DNA of 41,677 bases from Basidiobolus ranarum (Eukaryota): NCBI GenBank assembly GCA_040143965.1, contig JASJQH010006912.1, positions 1 through 41,677 on the forward strand, written 5' to 3'. Both the position numbers and the translations under genes were made by a program. Below are positions 34,175 to 41,677 of the stretch, in pieces (positions within the stretch are counted from its first letter, which is position 1; every line of letters begins with the position of its first letter). The notes under the pieces are model-generated. The model searched no databases. It was not told the DNA's origin and was given only the letters and a program-made list of their open reading frames with translations.

Positions 34175-36991
34175 TTACTCCTCGTCGGTGGCAACCTTGT
34201 AGTTAGGCTTAGAAAGCATATAACAAACATCTCTAATATTTGCCCACCAGTTCTTAGTGCCTCTACGATTAACGAGATCGGTTTCGGCCAATAAATCAAT
34301 AACTGGAGTAAATTTAACCTTAGCACCACGGATACCAATGACACAAACAGAGCTGGCATCGTTGGCAATAACAGCGGGACCACATACGGTGTTGGATTTA
34401 TGGGCGACAGCTTGCTTCTCCAACCATTCGATACAACGATAAGCCAAACGAGTGGCACGGATACGATCGAAAGGTGTGGGGGTACCACCTTGCTGAATGT
34501 GTCCAAGGACAGCGGAACGAGTATCAAAGACATGACGACACTCTTCACGAAGAATATCGTGAACAACATCAGTGGTGTAGGTCTTGGAAGCAGATTCGTT
34601 TCTCAACACAACACGTCCCTTGCCTGTCAAGATACCTTGTTTGGCCTCACGTTCATATTGCTCGACAAAGTCGCCAATATCACCTTGGAGCTCCTTCAAG
34701 GTAATACCGGTCTCAGGAGTGTAGATCACATTGGCGCCAGCAGCTAAACCAGCCATGGTGGCAAGGTAACCACATTTACCACCTTGAACTTCAACAACGA
34801 ATACTCTACGTCTGGTGGATGAGGCAGATTGCTTAATGCAATCACATGCCTCAACAATAGCGTTCAAACTAGTATCACAACCAAGAGAGAAATCGGTACC
34901 AGGACAATTGTTGGAGATGGTAGCAGGGATATGTACCATAGGAATGCAGAAAGCAGGGTACTTATCGCGATTCTGGTACAATTCAAGTAAAGCGGTATAA
35001 GCTTCGAAACCACCGACAACAAGCAATCCGTTGATGTTGTTCTTTTGTAAGTGGTAAGCGATCATACCAAAATCAGTAGATGGTTGAACACGGTTAGTAC
35101 CGAGCTCAGAACCACCACGAGTGGTCCAACCATCAACAGATAACCATGTCAATGGATTAACTTCACCAGCAGCCAAACCAGTGAAACCGTTGGAAATACC
35201 AAGAGGAGTATGACCATTGTTGATAGCAAGTCTGACGGCAACACGAGTGGCAGCGTTCATACCACCAGCTGGGGCACCAACATTCATGATACCAAAGCGA
35301 AGACCTTCAGTCTTGGTTTGAGCAACCTCAGGATGAGGTCTAATACCAGATTCGTAAATTTCAAGAAGAGAGGAGAACTCGGGATCACGAAGGTCCATAG
35401 CCTTCTTGAAGTCCTTGGCATTGATAGCGGTACCAACCTGCTGGGTTAGCTCAACAGCCTCCATCAAAGGTCCACTAGTGATTTTGTTTTCACTCATTCC
35501 GATCATAGGTGAAGGAGTACCAGGGGTAGCCTTCAATACGGCCTTAACGGCCTCAACACCTTGAAGAGTAGCCAAGTAACGATCATAGGCACATGGGGTA
35601 CCACCTCTTTGAACGTGACCGAGAAGGGTAACACGAGTGTCGAACTTCAATCTGTTAGTGAGAATATCCTTGATATTATCAGGCTTAATGGGGTTAAGGT
35701 TCTCATCAACGGCTCCCTCAGCAACGATGACAATTGTCTTACGTTTACCAAGCTCACGATGCTTTTGAAGAACAGAGCACATTTCTTCCTCCCAGTTACC
35801 AGATGGGGGACGTTCGGGAATGAAGAGCCAATCAGCGCCAGTACAGATACCAGCCATCAATGCAAGCCAGCCACAATGTCTACCCATGACTTCGATAACG
35901 AAGGCACGTTGATGACTGCTAGCGGTACTAGAAATGGAGTCAACAGCTTCACAAATACGATGAAGAGAGGTGTAAGCACCGATAGTGATATCAGTTGAAG
36001 ACATATCGTTATCAATACTGCCGACAAGACCGACAATAGTAAGGTACTTGAATGGATCAGATTGTTCTCTGGTTAAGCGACCAAGGTTAACCAATTCCTC
36101 AATGAGACCAGGCCATTCAGCTCTGAAAACATCAGCACCAGTCAGGGAACCATCACCACCACAGACAATAATGGCATCAATACCCTTCTCAACCAAGTTG
36201 TATGCGGCTTGTAGACGACCTTCATGGGTTTTGAAGCTCATGCAACGAGCGGTACCGATAATTGTACCACCTACGGAAAGGAAACCACCAACATCACTCC
36301 ATTCCATCTTCTTGATGAAGTCACCACCTTGAACAAGACCTTCATAACCTTCATAGATGGCATAAGAATCGCAACCAAAAGCGATTCCAGCACGTACAAC
36401 AGCACGGACGGCGGCGTTCATACCGGGAGCATCACCACCACTGGTCATGACGGCAATTCTCTTCTTCTTATCACCAGAAGTTGGAGCAACAGGGAACTCC
36501 TCAGGAGTAGATTGATTTAATTTTTTCTTGGGAAGAGGAGCGGTAGAAAGAGCATTTGCCTTATCAGTCACGACAAGAAGATTGTTCAATGGATCGTGGA
36601 AGAAAAGGTCGGTATATTGAGTGGAAGTAGCGTCCTCGATACCACTTTGAACCTTTTGGTAGGTGTATGAAGAGAGAACAAGAGCCTCTTCCATTTTCTT
36701 GATATCCGAAGAAACAAGTTGAAGTGCGATCTCAACACTAGGGGCACTCATTTCAGAATTAAGGTCAACAGGATGACCGGTTTCGGGAGCTTTATCGGAA
36801 AGGAACAATTGGATAGCTAATTCCTGGCTAGAATCGGACCCAAAGCACTGAAGCCAAACAGTCTTTTCATCTTTTTTGATAGTGTGGAATCCAATATTAT
36901 TGTAAAACTCAGTTGAAGCAATGAAGAGCTCAGGAGAGGAAGTAGCAAGAGTAATATGTGAGATACCGTTTACAGTCATGTCTATAACCAA
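34175..36991 (-). CDS. PFK1: ATP-dependent 6-phosphofructokinase with fungal N-terminal glyoxalase-like domain, intronless
   Basis: 938-aa ORF with TSGGDAPGMN, GGDGSLTG, GSIDND, EVMGR and GHVQRGG; regulatory half PATISNN and GHIQQGG. Confidence 0.97.
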   Translation of the reverse strand: MVIDMTVNGISHITLATSSPELFIASTEFYNNIGFHTIKKDEKTVWLQCFGSDSSQELAIQLFLSDKAPETGHPVDLNSEMSAPSVEIALQLVSSDIKKMEEALVLSSYTYQKVQSGIEDATSTQYTDLFFHDPLNNLLVVTDKANALSTAPLPKKKLNQSTPEEFPVAPTSGDKKKRIAVMTSGGDAPGMNAAVRAVVRAGIAFGCDSYAIYEGYEGLVQGGDFIKKMEWSDVGGFLSVGGTIIGTARCMSFKTHEGRLQAAYNLVEKGIDAIIVCGGDGSLTGADVFRAEWPGLIEELVNLGRLTREQSDPFKYLTIVGLVGSIDNDMSSTDITIGAYTSLHRICEAVDSISSTASSHQRAFVIEVMGRHCGWLALMAGICTGADWLFIPERPPSGNWEEEMCSVLQKHRELGKRKTIVIVAEGAVDENLNPIKPDNIKDILTNRLKFDTRVTLLGHVQRGGTPCAYDRYLATLQGVEAVKAVLKATPGTPSPMIGMSENKITSGPLMEAVELTQQVGTAINAKDFKKAMDLRDPEFSSLLEIYESGIRPHPEVAQTKTEGLRFGIMNVGAPAGGMNAATRVAVRLAINNGHTPLGISNGFTGLAAGEVNPLTWLSVDGWTTRGGSELGTNRVQPSTDFGMIAYHLQKNNINGLLVVGGFEAYTALLELYQNRDKYPAFCIPMVHIPATISNNCPGTDFSLGCDTSLNAIVEACDCIKQSASSTRRRVFVVEVQGGKCGYLATMAGLAAGANVIYTPETGITLKELQGDIGDFVEQYEREAKQGILTGKGRVVLRNESASKTYTTDVVHDILREECRHVFDTRSAVLGHIQQGGTPTPFDRIRATRLAYRCIEWLEKQAVAHKSNTVCGPAVIANDASSVCVIGIRGAKVKFTPVIDLLAETDLVNRRGTKNWWANIRDVCYMLSKPNYKVATDEE

Positions 36992-38609
36992 TAATTGACT
37001 CTAACAACACAAGGATAAAGAGTTAAAAATGAGCTTGAGAAGAAAGAAAAAGCTAACAGAATTGGTTACGTGTCTTGGGAAAGACGTTGCCTATAAATAT
37101 AGGACAATAATCAACTGATTAGGAAAGCTGATAAGCATGAAATGTTTGGTCAATCGATGTCAATAACCAGTCCCGGATTCACCCAGATCCAATTCGCAAG
37201 CTTGTTAATACAGTGATTGGGTACTCGCGATTGGATTCGTAGATTCCCGTTCGTATATTCAGCCGACTCTAAGATTTAGCGAGGGGGTGCCATGAACTCG
37301 ACCACATCTCGAATATCACATTTCGGAAACAACTAAGATCTTCGTATTTCGAAGATTTGCTGTAATTGCTAGCTGGAAGTGCTAGTTATAATTACCCCAA
37401 TGCTGCGAATGCTGTGATTATGTGATTACCCTAACGTTGGATTTTGGCTATGGGCGTAAGATCGTTGGTACGTATGAGCATCTCAGGATCTGACCAATGG
37501 AATATTCGATTATTGTTGAATCAGGATTGAGTTGCAAAGCCCAGACAAATGTATAAAGTGAATTAAAAAATCACCAATGCTGATCTGCGCACCTCAAATA
37601 CTGGCCCCAATATGTACACAATCAGATTTCCGATAGTATTTTTTTGCAGTGATCCAGATCCAGAGTGCCATGTTTTAAGGAACGGTCTAGACCTTGGTGA
37701 TCTTTCTAGACTCCTTCATCGAAAATCAAATACCGTCTTTCTACCAATTTTATTCACCATGTTGATTCAGCAACCTGGGTATTTCCAGAAGATCTGGACT
37801 ATGCCATATTTATCCACAAACTCTCTGCATGTTGGATTGTACCACGAGGTTGAGCATAACTAGAATATCTGGTATCGGAAGAGCCTATCAGTTTGTACCT
37901 CTGCACCGTGTTGACAGGTAGCAAATGACTACCTGCCTATATCCACTCAGTATCGGTTACATAGTGACACCGTCATTCATGATATCAGTGTATCCGAATA
38001 TGCCATTCAATCAAGTCCTGGTGCTTTATTTTTATGAAGTGGAATATCAGTAACTTAAAATCTCACATCTTTGATGCATTATCGATCAATGTACATATGA
38101 GGCAACATCACCTATTATGGATATTCTTGAGGAAAATGTCAACACAAACAGAAAGCTCTAAGGCCACATGGATCCTTCCAATTTACTATGATGAAGACTA
38201 ATGGAGATATCATTGAGCACGCTTTCGTTGGTTAATTTGTATTTCGACAAAACTAGCAAAGGGTGAAGTATATTTGCTAGTGGTTGAGGGTGCTGTATGT
38301 ATGTATGAGTTTGGAGGTCTAGAATGGAGATCAAATTAGGATAAAAACGAGCGGACTAACACCAATCAAAGGAAATGAAACGGAGAATGGATGAACTCTT
38401 GATTCACCAAAAACATGTTTGCCATATGTAGGTAAAAGGATACCTTACGTAGTAAACATAAGAAGAATTGGTAAATATGCTACGAAAAAATATATTCAAA
38501 ACCTAGTGTATCAACAAAGAAAGTGCGTAAGTGAGGCGATCAACTCTAAAGACGCAAAAAAGGAATTACAGAGATCTGGTTTACCAGCCTCGAGCTGCAT
38601 TGATTCTAC

Positions 38610-41600
38610 TTAGGAACACACGTTCCATGTCTTGAGATTTCCATCTTTAGAGCCAGAGGCACTAGCTAACAATGTCCTTGAGCTGTTGTCATTGGTTGGT
38701 ACATCATTTGTACAGCCGCTGGCTAAACATGAGACGACCCCATTTTGAGCACCAGGAATGGCCTTCAACTTTGCTTCACCATCACCTCCAGCAAAAGCCC
38801 AAATATAGATAATTTCATATTCCCCGATGGCTACTCGCATTGTTTTGCTGTCGGAGTTCGGGGTGTCATTAGCGAGGAAACAACAACTGGATATTTTTCC
38901 GGTTTGAGGCTGCTGGGTATAGATAACTTTGAAGGTGACTGTATCCCAAATACATATTAGATCCTCAGAAGCGGTTAAAAGAAAAGATCCGTTTGGAGAC
39001 CAATCTACAATGAATATGTTTTTGTTGTGTTGTGTAGAAAAAGTGCGTGTAGAGGGATGATCGGCAGCTGAGGAGTTATCCTCGCAAGCAAACACATCAA
39101 TGTATATAAGTGTATTGGATATAGCAGTGGCAGCTTTAGACCCTATCTTTGGGTTGTAGCGTACAGGATTGGAGGAGTACCCAGAGTATTTCGATGCACT
39201 AGACTAAGGTAATGCATTAAAAGAATATCCACAAATCAGTAGTTATTAAGGAAGGCTTACAAGTCGAATGGTCTTTTCACATACTCCAGTGTACGCATTC
39301 CAAACTTTTAGTTCACCCTCTGCGTCCACGGAACAACAATTATCGTTCATTGGACAGAAATCAACCGCAGTAACTGATCGTGTGTGACCAGAGAAAGTAG
39401 TAACGCACTCGATTTTACTCGAAGAGCTTACGCTCCAAATGCGCACTGTCTTATCATAAGATGCAGTGGCCAAAAGATCTCGGTCATCTGGAGTAAATCT
39501 TGCATTCGTTATTTGCTGGGTATGCCCATCTAGCATACATTTCATTGATTTGTTTGGTATCGACCAAATTATTACCTTGATTTGGTGATTGAATATTAGA
39601 TTATGGTGGTGGCATAGTATTACGGCATGGTATTACAGATCCATTACCTTTTTGTCGTGTCCAGCACTTGCCAACCAGTTACCCTTGTTTGAAATGGCAC
39701 ACGTGCTAACTTTGTTGGTATGCCCAGCAAGTTGTGCGTGAGGTTGTAGAACTTGCTCATTGGGTTGAGCCTCGGCTTGATTTTCTATTTAGTCAAGAAC
39801 GACTTAATATAGGTATAAGATAACTACTTCACACGTGCTAAGCTCTCGATTCTTACCTGTGCCGCCCATGAATCCTACATTAGAGAAGAAGTCAATGTTG
39901 CCAAACGCATCCGAGTCCATTTCATCACCGAGCTCTAAACCATCGCCATCGGCATTTTCGAAGAAATTAGAAAAGTCTTCATCCATAATGAATTGATCAA
40001 TATCAAGGGGATTTGATGATTGTGTCTTGGAGTCATTAGCGCTGAGAGGAGCACTGGTAGGTGTGTTTGAAATAACATCAGTGGTTGGAGTATCGCTAAC
40101 CTAAAATAAATGAATGGATTAGATTCAATCATGACCGTATATTAGGAATTAATCGAAAATACCACAGTATCCGAAGCTTTGGGTGCTTCACTATTGGATA
40201 TTTGCGGACTGGATTGAGAGCTTATGGGTTGTTGAAGTTCTTGGGGTTTTATAGGGGAGGCTACGGAATTGGATTTGGATAGTTTCGGCGATGGAGTAGT
40301 ACCTTGCTGGGATACAGATAACTTCGGGCTGCTGTTGGATGCAATTTTGGCTTCATTACTTGAAAGAGTTTGCCCATTAGGTCCAACGTTAGTTGTATTA
40401 TTCCCAGATGTGCTGACATTTGGCGTATTATTACTAAGAGTTTCCCCCTCGCTAGCTAAAGAGCCACTTCTATGGGGTCCTGTATCGTTGGGTGCCTGGT
40501 TTTGAATGATTTTCTGAGAGCTTAGTGGTTGAGATGCTGAATCAACAGGCGACTGTTTTCGTGATTGTTGTAAAAGTCGAGCTTGTTGCCCCTGCACTTG
40601 CAAATCTGATGATGGAGTTGGAGGTTGACGTGACTGAGGACCATTTACTGTTTGCTGTAGCTGTTGTTGTTGGTGCTGTTGTTGCTGTTGCTGCATAAGC
40701 TGCTGCTGGTTTTGAGCTTGAGCTTGTTGCATCTTTTGCTGCTGCATTCTCAAGAACTGTTGCTGCATCATCATCTGTGTCATATTACCTACATTCCCTC
40801 CAAGCATCGCTGCATTCTGTGGTGTCATTCCACCAGCTCCGCTAGCCTGTGGTCCATTCTGTCCACTCATCATCATTCGGTTTTGCTGCTGTTGCATAAA
40901 CGCATTTCTTTGTTGTAGGAACTGGATTTGCTAATGATTAAACAAAGTTTATGTTAGTCTACTATGGTCTCATCATAAATCTCATCTTCTCCCATCTCCC
41001 ATCTCCTCCACTCCACTCCACTCCCCTCATCACGAATATATCTATACATACCTGAGGTGTCAGATTCTGTTGCCATCCCTTCCCCAGCAATTGTGCTTGT
41101 GTCTGCCCTGGACTCTGTCCTGCATTGTTACCTAGAACCATAGATTGAGGGTGAGTACTTCGTGTTCACTCGTAATCTCCTATTCTACTTGGCTTTCTTT
41201 TCACACTCAACCTCTTTTCGCAGTAGAGAAAATTGACTTACCCATAAGCTGTGCCATGTTTGCGTTCGGCCCTCCGCTAACTGCTGCATTGGCGTTCGGT
41301 CCCATGCCTTGTCCTGCGTTCGGCACCATTCCTGCTGAGAACCCTGCCATCGATGTCGGTCCCATCGAGTTTGGTCGTGGCCTCTTCGCATCCGGAGGTG
41401 ACTCGGTCTGATTCATAGATGATGCAAGTGCCGCATTCTACACAAACTGCGTTAGTAAACTGTATTGCAATCCTCTTTCATTTCACTACACTACACTAAA
41501 CTACGCTTCGCGTAGCTATTCAAACAATCTCTTCTCGCCTCCCCACCCCTTCCTCTCCCCTCATTCTGGTTGCATTTCCTCACTCTAAACTCGTGACATT

Positions 41601-41677
41601 ATCACTTACCATGTTTGACGGCGACATCATTCCGGGTTGTCCTCCTTGTTGCTGTTGCTGTTGCTGCTGCGGTTGCA
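38610..41677 (-). CDS. Q-rich, C-terminal WD40 transcriptional co-regulator, LEUNIG-like; 5' end lies outside the window
   Basis: In-frame exons >41677-41610, 41437-41242, 41131-41052, 40930-40163, 40100-39857, 39784-39648, 39575-39261 and 39203-38610. PolyQ/M/G-rich region, acidic linker, then WD repeats ([46 protein letters not shown]). Confidence 0.85.
40653..40770 (-). repeat. CAG/CAA-rich polyglutamine-coding tract
   Basis: Encodes MQQQFLRMQQQKMQQAQAQNQQQLMQQQQQQHQQQQLQQ. Confidence 0.85.

Noticed and set aside
34162..34180. Cryptic peroxisomal PTS1 by stop readthrough in PFK
   Set aside because: The stop is TAA followed by ATG TAA; there is no TGA-CTA context and no SKL-like end.
34162..36520. 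Several long antisense or alternate-frame ORFs over PFK (similar ones over STT3 and RPL21)
   Set aside because: Shadow ORFs expected from biased codon usage; no recognisable protein motifs.
36400..36991. Extra N-terminal domain on PFK
   Set aside because: Known glyoxalase-like N-terminal domain of fungal PFKs; not novel.
36992..38609. 1.6-kb intergenic region with an 83-aa ORF and short hairpins
   Set aside because: No tRNA/snRNA hallmarks, protein motif or terminal repeats; consistent with the PFK promoter plus the WD40 gene 3' UTR. An Rfam scan would be needed to exclude an ncRNA.

Overview
This is gene-dense nuclear DNA from a fungus, most likely an early-diverging lineage (Zoopagomycota/Mucoromycota-like). 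That placement is inferred from protein families, short introns of mostly 50-90 nt and one minor-class intron. Fourteen protein-coding genes can be supported, in order: RPL21 (+), ornithine carbamoyltransferase ARG3 (-), StuA/Sok2-type APSES transcription factor (-), MIT-domain protein (+), COX15 (+), ADI1 (+), vezatin/VezA (-), STT3 (-), a PX-BAR sorting nexin (+), DNM1 (+), AP-1 gamma adaptin APL4 (+), an ankyrin-DysF-FYVE-RING protein (-), phosphofructokinase (-), and a 5'-truncated Q-rich WD40 protein (-) that closely resembles the plant LEUNIG co-repressor. I could support no RNA genes, mobile elements or CRISPR arrays. This is a housekeeping region and I see no clear new multi-gene system. 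The best leads are: (1) a U12-type intron in the vezatin gene; (2) the LEUNIG-like protein in a fungus; (3) an ARG3 start codon split by an intron (A|TG); (4) CLEAR/Cbf1-like GTCACGTGA motifs upstream of trafficking genes in a trafficking-rich neighbourhood. Exon boundaries were derived by hand. Homology calls rest on motifs I recognise, not on database searches.
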